The translations under genes and the position numbers were made by a program. 32,000 nucleotides of DNA, taken from NCBI GenBank assembly GCA_042850255.1, contig AP031373.1:390001-422000 (forward strand). The letters run 5' to 3'. Source of the DNA: Nanobdellota archaeon. GTDB taxonomy: Archaea > Nanobdellota > Nanobdellia > Nanobdellales > Nanobdellaceae. This document shows, one piece after another, positions 1 to 9,078 of the stretch. The notes beneath the pieces are model-generated. The model was not told the DNA's origin. It made no database searches and was given only the letters and a program-made list of their open reading frames with translations. Position 1 is the stretch's first letter, and each line of letters begins with the position of its first letter.

Positions 1-632
1 TTTCCATTGCCTAAGTTTACTAAATATACATCTACTGATTGGTATAATGTAATACTATTAACAAAATGACAAGGAACTATATTACATATAATTTCTCCAT
101 TATAATTTGTAGTACATATTTCATTTCCAGAAATATTTGTAGGGAATAAAAATACAAAAGATTCTTGGGCAGATGATTCATTTTCTAAACAAAAATTATA
201 TACAAAATAGTAAAAGTTAGAATAAAAATTTTCACATATTATTATATTTATATAATTTAATGAAAAATTTACAGAAATAGGATAACTAATTTTTTCACAA
301 TTTCCTATAAAGTTTAATATACCAAATGTATAATTTCCTACAGAAGCTCTAAATGGATAAGGAAATATAGCACATGTAGGCAATTCATTTTGATAATTGA
401 TAGTAAAATATTCTAATTTATTATAGGTTGTATAATATAAAGGATAACTAGGATAACCTAAACAATTTGGAGAGAATAAATCATATAAAATATCTTGAGA
501 GTATGAAAACTCATTTTTTTGAGCATAATTGTATAAATTTAAAGAAGAAAAAATGCTGGTTAATATTATAATACCTATTAAGAATGAAATAATTAGTATG
601 GTAGTAAATATTATAGAGAATTGATTCTTCAT
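1..632 (-). CDS. Pilin-signal-like Cys/Tyr/Asn-rich secreted protein, 3' end runs off the window (absent from ORF track)
   Basis: Hand translation of the minus strand from ATG 632-630 gives MKNQFSIIFTTILIISFLIGIIILTSIF... I checked every in-frame triplet down to position 3 and found no stop. The ATG overlaps the TGA of the upstream gene (ATGA, 629-632). It has the same MKNQ plus hydrophobic N-terminus as its neighbours. Confidence 0.6.
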   Translation of the reverse strand, partial: MKNQFSIIFTTILIISFLIGIIILTSIFSSLNLYNYAQKNEFSYSQDILYDLFSPNCLGYPSYPLYYTTYNKLEYFTINYQNELPTCAIFPYPFRASVGNYTFGILNFIGNCEKISYPISVNFSLNYINIIICENFYSNFYYFVYNFCLENESSAQESFVFLFPTNISGNEICTTNYNGEIICNIVPCHFVNSITLYQSVDVYLVNLGNG

Positions 633-1858
633 TGGTTAATACATTCATTTGGAGTTGGCGGAGTAATAGTTTCTGGACATTGGAATGGAGGTTGACATAC
701 AGGTTCTTGACATCCACAAAATACTCCACCTCCTAGGACACATTTTGAACAAACGTATGGATAATAGTCTATATATTGATAATTTACTATTATTTCATCA
801 TTATTTTCAGAATTACCATTACAGGTTATTCCACTCTGTGAAGAACATGAAGGTTTTTGTTGTGCTAAATTACAAGTATTAGATATAAGAGCTCCTGTAG
901 TGGCATTATAAATATATTGACAATCATAAATACAGTTTAAATATGCATTATATGTTATATTTTCATTATATACTACTGATGATATTGTTATAATTTGAGG
1001 AAATTCATTTCCATCATAATATACATTATATTGACTATCTGTACACGATATACTTACTACACATGCTATATTTCTATTTACACAAACCTGACATGGTATA
1101 TAACATTCATTTGGAGTTTGTATACTTTCACTACATTGTATATATGGATTTCCTGTAAATTCTTCAAATGCTTGGGCACTTATATCACTAGAATAACTAC
1201 CACTTAAAACATTTTGACAATCTTGAAATGATGTATATGGAAAAATAGTGTATGCAAATTGAACTCCTTCATTATATAGATAAAATGCAGGATTATTTAT
1301 TATATTTGCAGTTACTGCAAAGGGTATTAAAGATCCAGTACTACTACTATTAATTATTATATTTACTCCAGTAACTTGCACTGGAAAATCATAATTATAT
1401 TGTCCAGATGTTATTTCATTACAGTCTCCAATTATACCTGCTTCATAATTATCTGTAAATGTAAAATTAACATTATAAGGATAATATAAATTTAATTCAC
1501 TTAAGTCATTAAAGCTTGAATATAAATTAGCTTCATAGTCTCCAGTTAATAATCTATTAAAATAACCTAAAGCTTCATTACATGAAGGAGGAACTATACA
1601 GCCAGGTGGATAAGATGACCACTCTTGTTGGCCCCAGGAAGTTTCGCCAGCGAAATATGAGGTAGAATAAGATTGTTGTATAAAAGATGTATATAAATAT
1701 CCTAGAAAATAATCAGATATAGTATTTAAAGAATTATATCTTACAAATACCTGATTTTGTTGATACCTAAGAGATAATGTATAGAATGTTAATAATATAA
1801 TAATAATTATTATAGATAAAAATAAGATTACGTATATTATTTCTATCTGATTTTTCAT
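629..1858 (-). CDS. Large secreted/surface protein with pilin-type N-terminus, extremely Cys-rich
   Basis: 409-aa ORF. N-terminus is MKNQIEIIYVILFLSIIIIIILL. The mature part has 22 Cys by my count, is rich in Y/N/S/T/P/Q, has almost no K/R, and carries multiple N-x-S/T sequons. No family recognised. Confidence 0.65.
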   Translation of the reverse strand: MKNQIEIIYVILFLSIIIIIILLTFYTLSLRYQQNQVFVRYNSLNTISDYFLGYLYTSFIQQSYSTSYFAGETSWGQQEWSSYPPGCIVPPSCNEALGYFNRLLTGDYEANLYSSFNDLSELNLYYPYNVNFTFTDNYEAGIIGDCNEITSGQYNYDFPVQVTGVNIIINSSSTGSLIPFAVTANIINNPAFYLYNEGVQFAYTIFPYTSFQDCQNVLSGSYSSDISAQAFEEFTGNPYIQCSESIQTPNECYIPCQVCVNRNIACVVSISCTDSQYNVYYDGNEFPQIITISSVVYNENITYNAYLNCIYDCQYIYNATTGALISNTCNLAQQKPSCSSQSGITCNGNSENNDEIIVNYQYIDYYPYVCSKCVLGGGVFCGCQEPVCQPPFQCPETITPPTPNECINQ

Positions 1859-1860
1859 AA

Positions 1861-3063
1861 TTATATTTTAGAGTGAATATATAAAAGTATTAATATTATA
1901 GCTGTAACTACTATACCATGTATTATTCCTAATGCTAGTTGTATATTTGGTAAATAAAATATCGGTAATAAAAATTTATCCATATTTGGAGGCACTCCAA
2001 ATGCAGCTGCTTCCAATAATTCACCTAATATTAATTGAATTATAATTAATGTTCCAATAGTCATACCCAAAGCTTTTTTCAATATTTTTGGATGTTTTTT
2101 ATATAAATTATAATGTAATCCAGAGAAGAATGTAAAAAATGATATTAATATTCTAGTATGTAAGAAAAATGAATAATAGTCATCAAAAGTATAATAGAAT
2201 TCTCCAAATAAAATTATTAAGGAAAGTATAATTAATAAAAAATATACTGTAAAATTTTCTTGTTTATTTAGCATATTTCTATAGACTAATAAGTATATAA
2301 TAAATTCAAAAATTGATATAAATATTAATGAAAATATTGGATAAAATCTCCAATTGTTCGGATTATTATAAATAAATAGTGTAAAATAAATAGCTATAGA
2401 TATTTGGATTAAAATTACAATAAATATTGATATAAATAAATATTTCTTATATTTATTTATATTATTTAATTTAGTTAATGATACATATTCTCCTTCTTTA
2501 TAAATATTTATTAAAAATAATATTATTCCTAAAAATAATATAGATGATTCATATATAATCATAAAAATTAATGGATGAACTATTTTAATATAAGAAAATA
2601 TGCTCATCCAACTTGGAATAGTTACATCAATATCAACTTCATATATTTCAAAAATAGATTCGAAAAAATATGCAAATAAAAATAAGAATAATAAAATAAT
2701 ATATAGATATAAGGATTTTTTAGACAATTTTAATTTATTATTTACTAAAAAGTATCCTGCTATGAATGCAAAAAAATAAAAAAATATGTAGTTGGTTAAT
2801 AAAGCTGTAAGGAAGTCATATTTAATGTTTAATACAAATATTTCTATTATTATTATAAGATAAACGATCTTTAATAAATTATTTTTTGTATATTTTAATA
2901 GATATGGCATTAAAAATAAATAAATTATTCCAAATCCTATTATTAATATTTTAAAGTTCGAAATAAAAATATTATTATAAGTTAAGAATACAAATAATAT
3001 GAATACTAATAAATAAATAGTGTATATAATTACATTAATTTTGGATAAAGAATTCTTTACCAT
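1861..3063 (-). CDS. Polytopic integral membrane protein, unknown function
   Basis: 400-aa ORF made almost entirely of hydrophobic helices (I estimate 10 or more TM segments) with no soluble domain. It sits inside the operon: a 2-nt gap to the downstream gene and a 7-nt overlap with the upstream one. Confidence 0.6.
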   Translation of the reverse strand: MVKNSLSKINVIIYTIYLLVFILFVFLTYNNIFISNFKILIIGFGIIYLFLMPYLLKYTKNNLLKIVYLIIIIEIFVLNIKYDFLTALLTNYIFFYFFAFIAGYFLVNNKLKLSKKSLYLYIILLFLFLFAYFFESIFEIYEVDIDVTIPSWMSIFSYIKIVHPLIFMIIYESSILFLGIILFLINIYKEGEYVSLTKLNNINKYKKYLFISIFIVILIQISIAIYFTLFIYNNPNNWRFYPIFSLIFISIFEFIIYLLVYRNMLNKQENFTVYFLLIILSLIILFGEFYYTFDDYYSFFLHTRILISFFTFFSGLHYNLYKKHPKILKKALGMTIGTLIIIQLILGELLEAAAFGVPPNMDKFLLPIFYLPNIQLALGIIHGIVVTAIILILLYIHSKI

Positions 3064-4589
3064 ACTTTTAATATTGCTACTAAATATCCATTTGCATAAG
3101 GTACACTTGTTGGATAATAAAAGTCGTAAGTATATACATTTACTCCTGGTGGGACTGGATACCCTAAAGTTATACTATTTGATTGCTCTTGTGATATATA
3201 TGCATTCAATTCTATTTCTGTACCATATTTTGTTAAACAATAAACTCTAGCTTCTGCTATACCATTAGATCCGCTATGAGGATCCCAATATGCACCAGAA
3301 ATTATTATATAAGGTACTGAAGGATCTCTATCTAATATTGCCCACCTTGTTATATTAAATTGATATAATCCATAGCTGTAACATGCACCAGGATCGCAGT
3401 TTCCACCTACTAAATATACTAAAGGACATTGTTTTCCAACTATTGTACCGTTTATATCTTCTGTATTATTAAAAACGCCTTGTGGACAGTTGGTTCCATT
3501 ATATGTACATTCTGGGTCTGCTGCTAGAAATATATAATCTGGTTGTCCTGAAGAGTTTACATATGCTATATACAATCTTAGAACTTCGTGCCATGGATAA
3601 TCTATAAATACCTGTTGACATTCTTGTGGTATATACACAGTTCCTCTGTAAAAAGATCCTACAATATCGTTCAAATTATTCGATATTCCTAAATCATATG
3701 CTAGTAGATTTATATTCGTAGCAGTTTTATAAGCGGGAGGATTTACATAGTAATGACCTATACAATATTGATAAAGATTACATCCTCGGAAAAAAGACGG
3801 TAATTTTGTACTAGGAAATGCGGGTACCATATATCCTAAATATAAATCTTGAAAAAGAGCCCATTCTCCATTTGGACAATAAACTGACGCATTTGTAAAA
3901 TTATCACTTGGATATAAATCCGACAATGGTATACAAACATGTTCTTCTAAAGCAGATCCTGTGCATGTAGCCGGAGAATATAATGAACGTATACCCCAAA
4001 GATAACAGGAATCTTGTTGATGAAATGGAGCTGTAGCATTAACCCATCCAGCACCTTTTAATATTAAAAGTTTACCTGAAGGAGAAATTATTTCTGTAGT
4101 ATAATTATTAGTAAAGAAATATGTATAATTCCATTCATACCATTGTACTCCATTGCTATCGCTTGGCGGGTTTATTTGACAACTATCCCAATCATATGAG
4201 TTACCATTAAATAAAAACATTTGTACTAGCCATCCTGTAGCGGATGGCAGAAAATAAATAGTTAAATTCCACCTATCTCCATATATACTATTAAAATAGT
4301 TTGTTATATCTTGAGATATATTTGTGCATGTATATGAATTTATACAATAAGTATCATTTCCAGATGAGGACCAATAAGATAATAAAAAAGCATAAGATAA
4401 ATTTACCGTTTGATCATTTATATAAGGTAATAAAGTTACGCTATTTTGTATAGTAGATTCATATTGATTAACTGGTTGTGTTTGTTTGGAAATTGAATAA
4501 TTATAAGATAATAGAAAATATAATATAAAAGATAAAGATATTAAAGCAGCTATTATTATAAATAAAAGATAATTTATTTGACTCTTCAT
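3057..4589 (-). CDS. Large secreted/surface protein with pilin-type N-terminus, Cys/Tyr/Asn-rich
   Basis: 510-aa ORF. N-terminus is MKSQINYLLFIIIAALISLSFILYF. It has 16 Cys by my count, more than 10 N-x-S/T sequons, and is poor in charged residues. No family recognised. Confidence 0.65.
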   Translation of the reverse strand: MKSQINYLLFIIIAALISLSFILYFLLSYNYSISKQTQPVNQYESTIQNSVTLLPYINDQTVNLSYAFLLSYWSSSGNDTYCINSYTCTNISQDITNYFNSIYGDRWNLTIYFLPSATGWLVQMFLFNGNSYDWDSCQINPPSDSNGVQWYEWNYTYFFTNNYTTEIISPSGKLLILKGAGWVNATAPFHQQDSCYLWGIRSLYSPATCTGSALEEHVCIPLSDLYPSDNFTNASVYCPNGEWALFQDLYLGYMVPAFPSTKLPSFFRGCNLYQYCIGHYYVNPPAYKTATNINLLAYDLGISNNLNDIVGSFYRGTVYIPQECQQVFIDYPWHEVLRLYIAYVNSSGQPDYIFLAADPECTYNGTNCPQGVFNNTEDINGTIVGKQCPLVYLVGGNCDPGACYSYGLYQFNITRWAILDRDPSVPYIIISGAYWDPHSGSNGIAEARVYCLTKYGTEIELNAYISQEQSNSITLGYPVPPGVNVYTYDFYYPTSVPYANGYLVAILKVW

Positions 4590-5104
4590 CTTAAAATAAT
4601 ATATATTACTATTGCGCCTACAATTACGCCTATTGCTATATAAATGTATTCATAGTAATTAGATTTTTTTGTGGTAACCTGATTTGTATTAGTAGTAATA
4701 TTTAATGTTGTTGTATTTTCTATTATAAAATCTACATATGCGCTTTGTGGTATTAAACTAATAGGAGATATTAATGTACCATTTGGATATTCGCAATATG
4801 AAGCATTTATAGTATAATTACCAACTTCTATCGTTTTAATTACTGGAGTTAAATTATAATGTGCACAGAATGAATATTGACTAGGTACTAGATTATTATA
4901 ATAATCTATTGCATTAAATACATGCCCATCTACAATACAATATTGTCCAGATGAATTATAATAAAATTCTCCTCCTCCATATGTACAATATACTGCTAAA
5001 GGATTTCTTGTCGGATATATGAATTTTAAAAGCATCAAAATTGTTAAAATAATTAAGAAGTATTTTATTATTTTTTTAATCATTATATATTTATCAAAAG
5101 ACAT
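4586..5104 (-). CDS. Secreted tandem DUF333-like protein with C-terminal TM anchor
   Basis: 172 aa. It has an N-terminal hydrophobic signal. RNPLAVYCTYGGGEFYYNSSGQYCIVDGHVFNAIDYY resembles the DUF333 pattern (NPAxxYC..GG......G..C...dG). A second Cys pair follows (FCAH...YCEYPNGTLIS). The C-terminus is a TM helix ending in Arg. It is a paralogue of 5539..6390. Confidence 0.55.
   Translation of the reverse strand: MSFDKYIMIKKIIKYFLIILTILMLLKFIYPTRNPLAVYCTYGGGEFYYNSSGQYCIVDGHVFNAIDYYNNLVPSQYSFCAHYNLTPVIKTIEVGNYTINASYCEYPNGTLISPISLIPQSAYVDFIIENTTTLNITTNTNQVTTKKSNYYEYIYIAIGVIVGAIVIYIILR
4858..4961. repeat. 104-bp perfect repeat, copy 1 (inside DUF333-like gene)
   Basis: AATGTGCACAGAATGAATATTGACTAGG...CCAGATGAATTATAA is identical to 6171-6274. 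The flanking blocks (about 4770-4800 vs 6076-6110, and 4965-4995 vs 6278-6310) are similar but not identical. Confidence 0.85.
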
Positions 5105-5116
5105 ATATATAAATTT

Positions 5117-5542
5117 TTATTGATTATATGTAACATTTTCAGCTATTTCTGACGACGATGTTATATATATTATATTATTATCTTTCGCTATATATATATT
5201 ACCAGGGTCTAATAAAAAAGAAACAGGTTGATCATTATTATTTAATAATATAACCTGTTGGTAAAAGTTTATAGTATAATTTACATTATTATAATCGATT
5301 ATCAAATAATTATTATTAGAATATAATATAACATTATTTGGTACATTTATTTGTACATAATAATTTCCATAAGAATTTTCCATTGATATTGCAAGATTCT
5401 GTAAATTTTGTAAGAATATTTTAAACTGTTCTTCTTGTTGATTTTTTTGTACATTATAAGAATAACTAAAGTATATAGCAAAAGACAAACCTATAATTAT
5501 TAGTATTATGCCTACATTTAGAAAACTTATTTGATTTTTCAT
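5117..5542 (-). CDS. Small pilin-like protein
   Basis: 141 aa. N-terminus MKNQISFLNVGIILIIIGLSFAIYF is followed by a short beta-rich-looking domain. It has a 4-nt ATGA overlap with the upstream gene. Confidence 0.55.
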   Translation of the reverse strand: MKNQISFLNVGIILIIIGLSFAIYFSYSYNVQKNQQEEQFKIFLQNLQNLAISMENSYGNYYVQINVPNNVILYSNNNYLIIDYNNVNYTINFYQQVILLNNNDQPVSFLLDPGNIYIAKDNNIIYITSSSEIAENVTYNQ

Positions 5543-6390
5543 TTTAAATAGAATAGTAAAATAATTAAACCTACAATCATTACTACTATAGTAATTACTA
5601 CAGGTATTATATAACCACTATTGCTATTCGTACTTTCATTATTTATTCCTTCATTTTCAGTTATAATTTGATTTATTTGCTGATTTGCACTACTATTTGT
5701 TTGATTTACATATATACAAGTAAACTCTCCCAAACAATTTACTTCTACCTTATTAGGTGGTGGACAAGTTTCTAAAAAGTTTTGATATAATTGTTCTAAT
5801 GAATAATTTTGTGGACATAAATACCATGGGCTATAAGAACCATTACATGTGCCACATCCTATTTCTTCTTGATAATTATTAAGTATTTGGTAATATAAAG
5901 TTATATTTCCATTGTATAAACTATAAGGAATATAAGGAGGATTAAAGCATGGATAAACTACATTAGAACATTCTTCTACTTCCCATGGAGTATTTGGACA
6001 TTGTAATATATTAGAACAAGATATATTATTTGTTATAACATTTTCTTGCTGGTTAAATTCTGAAAATATTTGATATGGAGATATTAATGTACCATTTGGA
6101 TATTCACAATAATAATAAAATATTGTATAATTATCTATAGTTATATTCTCTTTTACTAAATTTAATCCAAAATGTGCACAGAATGAATATTGACTAGGTA
6201 CTAGATTATTATAATAATCTATTGCATTAAATACATGCCCATCTACAATACAATATTGTCCAGATGAATTATAAAAAAATATTCCTCCTCCATATATACA
6301 ATATAATTTATATATATCTTGAGAATGTAAATTGAATAAATAAGCTAAAATAATAATTAAAAAAAATAATAATAATACTTTTTTCATCAT
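5539..6390 (-). CDS. Secreted DUF333-like protein with extra Cys-rich region and C-terminal TM anchor
   Basis: 283 aa. Sec-type signal MMKKVLLLFFLIIILAYLF. The block YCIYGGGIFFYNSSGQYCIVDGHVFNAIDYYNNLVPSQYSFCAH is near-identical to 4586..5104. It ends with a C-terminal TM helix ending in Lys. Confidence 0.55.
   Translation of the reverse strand: MMKKVLLLFFLIIILAYLFNLHSQDIYKLYCIYGGGIFFYNSSGQYCIVDGHVFNAIDYYNNLVPSQYSFCAHFGLNLVKENITIDNYTIFYYYCEYPNGTLISPYQIFSEFNQQENVITNNISCSNILQCPNTPWEVEECSNVVYPCFNPPYIPYSLYNGNITLYYQILNNYQEEIGCGTCNGSYSPWYLCPQNYSLEQLYQNFLETCPPPNKVEVNCLGEFTCIYVNQTNSSANQQINQIITENEGINNESTNSNSGYIIPVVITIVVMIVGLIILLFYLK
6171..6274. repeat. 104-bp perfect repeat, copy 2 (inside DUF333-like paralogue)
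   Basis: Identical by eye to 4858-4961. It encodes SSGQYCIVDGHVFNAIDYYNNLVPSQYSFCAH in both genes. Confidence 0.85.
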
Positions 6391-8126
6391 GTATTTACAC
6401 CTACTACAGCATACATATCGCTTGGGAATGTACTTCCATATGGAGTACTAATTTCTGAAGCATAAGGAACATATAAATACCCGTTCTTCATCCAATATAC
6501 ACCAATACATGGTTGTCCAATTACCTGTGTACATTGTTGTGGGTTTTGGAAAAATTGAGCACATTCTTGTGGAGTTACATAATCTGGTGCCGCAGCATCT
6601 CCAGCTATTAAGATACATGCTGTTAAATCTCCCCATTGATTCTCTATTATCCAACATCCAGGTACCCCATATACTTCTTGACAAGTTTGTGAATTATCAT
6701 TAAATCCTACTAATAATGTAGCATGTCCTGCTTGCTGACCTTCTCCTAAATATCCTCCAATTACTAATGGTCCATAACACATTAAATCATATTTTATCTG
6801 AGTAGTATTATTAGGATTTGCAGATATTGGTACAATTTGTTGTGGATAATATAATGTATTAGATGTATCTTGACATGTATATCCACAAACATCTGATGAA
6901 TATGATAAAGCACTTGAAGGTGGTGTACATGATGCTAAAGTACCATCATATTTATTGTCTTCATTATCTAAGGATAATCCATATTGTTGTGCATATAATA
7001 AAGGATAATATATAGTACCACCATTACATCCAAATTGGTTTCCACTGCATATGCCGTTTTGTGAATTACAACATGTAGCTAATTGATATGCAGATGGATA
7101 TAGATCTTGATTTGGTTGATTGTTATATATCATATATGCAGAAATTATACCATTTCCTGTAGCAAATGCCCAACAGTCTCCACAATCTCCTTGATTTTGT
7201 ATTGGGGGTATATAGCTATTTCCGTTTATATCTCCCCAGAAGAAATATGACTGTCCGTTATATTGATATAGACAAGGACCGCTTGTATTTGGAGGTGGTA
7301 ATGGACTTGGACCTGGAGAAGGTCCAGGTGATGGAGAAGGTGATGGAGGTGGTGAAGGACTGGGAGAAGATTGAATATTTAATGTAAATGTAACAGATGC
7401 AGATTTGCTTTCATTATCTGTTGCATAATAAGTAATTGAATAAGAACCTGGAGATATTGAACTAGAAGTACTTATTGTAGATTGAATAGAACAGGAACTT
7501 GAAGTTATACAATATGTTGGGTTTATACTACAAGATATTCCTGAAGGAGCATTGCATGAAAAAGAAATATTATAATCTCCGTTCATAGATTCTTGTGCAG
7601 TTAATGATATAATAATATTATTTCCGGGTTGTAATGTAGCTTCTGATTGGTTTAAAGAAAGAAAAAGAGTATTTGATACAGGTTGATAACTTTGTTGTCC
7701 TAAATAAATTACTATACTAGTTGGAGAATTCTTTTTAACTGTTAAAGGTAATTCTTCATATGGCTCTCCATAGTACAAAGTATAATAATATCCAGAGTTA
7801 TAATACTGAATTAAATTATTGGAAGTATTTATATAAACACTGCATTCTGAAGTATAATTATAATAAGTATCATATACATAACAACTAATAGTATTTCCAT
7901 TCGCTGAAACATAATTTAAATATTTGTTTACCTTAAAATTAATATACATAGATGACCCTTCATTAGAATAGCATAATTGTTGTATAGTATTAAATAAGTT
8001 TTGACATTCTGATATGTCCATATAAACTTCCTGAGTTTGGTAGTTTATACTTGAAAACTTAAAATATAAAAATAGTGACAACCCAAAAACTATTATACTT
8101 AATATTATCCAAAACCATTTTTCCAT
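6387..8126 (-). CDS. Membrane-anchored papain-family (C1) cysteine peptidase with beta-sandwich-like domain and Pro/Ser linker
   Basis: 579 aa. N-terminal TM is MEKWFWIILSIIVFGLSLFLYF. A pilin-like small domain and a Ser/Thr-rich repeat-like domain follow, then the linker SSPSPSPPPSPSPSPGPSPGPSPLPPP (DNA about 7291-7370). The papain motifs are QNQGDCGDCWAF (Cys codon 7173-7175), GHATLLVGF (His codon 6723-6725) and IIENQWG. Confidence 0.75.
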   Translation of the reverse strand: MEKWFWIILSIIVFGLSLFLYFKFSSINYQTQEVYMDISECQNLFNTIQQLCYSNEGSSMYINFKVNKYLNYVSANGNTISCYVYDTYYNYTSECSVYINTSNNLIQYYNSGYYYTLYYGEPYEELPLTVKKNSPTSIVIYLGQQSYQPVSNTLFLSLNQSEATLQPGNNIIISLTAQESMNGDYNISFSCNAPSGISCSINPTYCITSSSCSIQSTISTSSSISPGSYSITYYATDNESKSASVTFTLNIQSSPSPSPPPSPSPSPGPSPGPSPLPPPNTSGPCLYQYNGQSYFFWGDINGNSYIPPIQNQGDCGDCWAFATGNGIISAYMIYNNQPNQDLYPSAYQLATCCNSQNGICSGNQFGCNGGTIYYPLLYAQQYGLSLDNEDNKYDGTLASCTPPSSALSYSSDVCGYTCQDTSNTLYYPQQIVPISANPNNTTQIKYDLMCYGPLVIGGYLGEGQQAGHATLLVGFNDNSQTCQEVYGVPGCWIIENQWGDLTACILIAGDAAAPDYVTPQECAQFFQNPQQCTQVIGQPCIGVYWMKNGYLYVPYASEISTPYGSTFPSDMYAVVGVNT

Positions 8127-8157
8127 ATATCTTTATAATGCTATATAATATAAAAAA

Positions 8158-8565
8158 TTATCCTTGTAGATTTATATATACATATTGTCCATTTGAGTAA
8201 ACTAATATATAATCACCTGGATTTATTGTATAATCACAGTTTTTAAATAGAACATTCGGATCTATACTTAAAATAGTATTTAATAAATCTTGACATGTAA
8301 ATGGGCTACCTTGGTAATTTATTAAATAACATAAACCAGATGCTTTTTTATCATAACAAGATATAACATCAAAAGCTACTGTATTCATAGAAGAAACATT
8401 TAATTCTACAACAGTTTGAGTATTGTTGTATGAAGGTAATGTATGATTTAAATAAGATGTAATATTTCCTTTAAAGTAATATATTATTCCTACAATAATT
8501 AATGTAGCAATTATCCCTATTATTATTAAAAATGTTAAATTTATAGGCATTTCCTGACTTTTCAT
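8158..8565 (-). CDS. Small pilin-like protein
   Basis: 135 aa. N-terminus MKSQEMPINLTFLIIIGIIATLIIVGIIYYF, then a small domain with 4 Cys. Confidence 0.55.
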   Translation of the reverse strand: MKSQEMPINLTFLIIIGIIATLIIVGIIYYFKGNITSYLNHTLPSYNNTQTVVELNVSSMNTVAFDVISCYDKKASGLCYLINYQGSPFTCQDLLNTILSIDPNVLFKNCDYTINPGDYILVYSNGQYVYINLQG

Positions 8566-8595
8566 ATTTTTAATATAATTCTTGTTAATTTATAA

Positions 8596-9078
8596 CTATT
8601 GCCATACAACTATCTGACTATTATTGTATATTATAAATATGCTTTCATATGGTATCAAAGTTTCATAATGACTTACTGGTAAATTAAAAATTAGATCATA
8701 AGGATTAAAGTTTGTATAATTTACTATAAAACTATATATAGTTGAAATGTTTAATACTACATCTTCATCTATATATACATCATAACATATACTAAATAAT
8801 CTATTAGTATTTATATTATTATTATAGCAATTTGCAACTAATCCTGCAAATTCAGAGTATATTTCATCTTTACTTTGATTTGTAAAAATGACATTTATTG
8901 CAGATGGATAATATTTTGCACATTCCGGGGAAAATCCACCTTCCGATATCAAAGTTTTACAATAATACAATTGAGAATTTGCAAAGAATTTTGTATATAT
9001 AATATCTAGTATTACAAATACTGATATTACTGCTATTATTATTATAAATATCGTATCTAGTGCAATATCATTCTTCAT
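8596..9078 (-). CDS. Small pilin-like protein
   Basis: 160 aa. N-terminus MKNDIALDTIFIIIIAVISVFVILDIIY, then a small Cys-containing domain. Confidence 0.55.
   Translation of the reverse strand: MKNDIALDTIFIIIIAVISVFVILDIIYTKFFANSQLYYCKTLISEGGFSPECAKYYPSAINVIFTNQSKDEIYSEFAGLVANCYNNNINTNRLFSICYDVYIDEDVVLNISTIYSFIVNYTNFNPYDLIFNLPVSHYETLIPYESIFIIYNNSQIVVWQ

Noticed and set aside
1861-3063. Possibility that the 400-aa polytopic protein is the missing prepilin peptidase (FlaK/PibD/EppA)
   Set aside because: It has no GxGD-like second aspartyl motif (no GD dipeptide at all). It is also much larger than A24-family archaeal peptidases.
7291-7370. GC-richer, repeat-like DNA (GGTGATGGAGAAGGTGATGGAGGTGG...) as a tandem repeat or CRISPR-like feature
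   Set aside because: On the minus strand it is in frame within the protease gene and encodes the SPSPSPPPSPSPSPGPSPGPSP linker. It is coding low complexity, not an independent repeat element.
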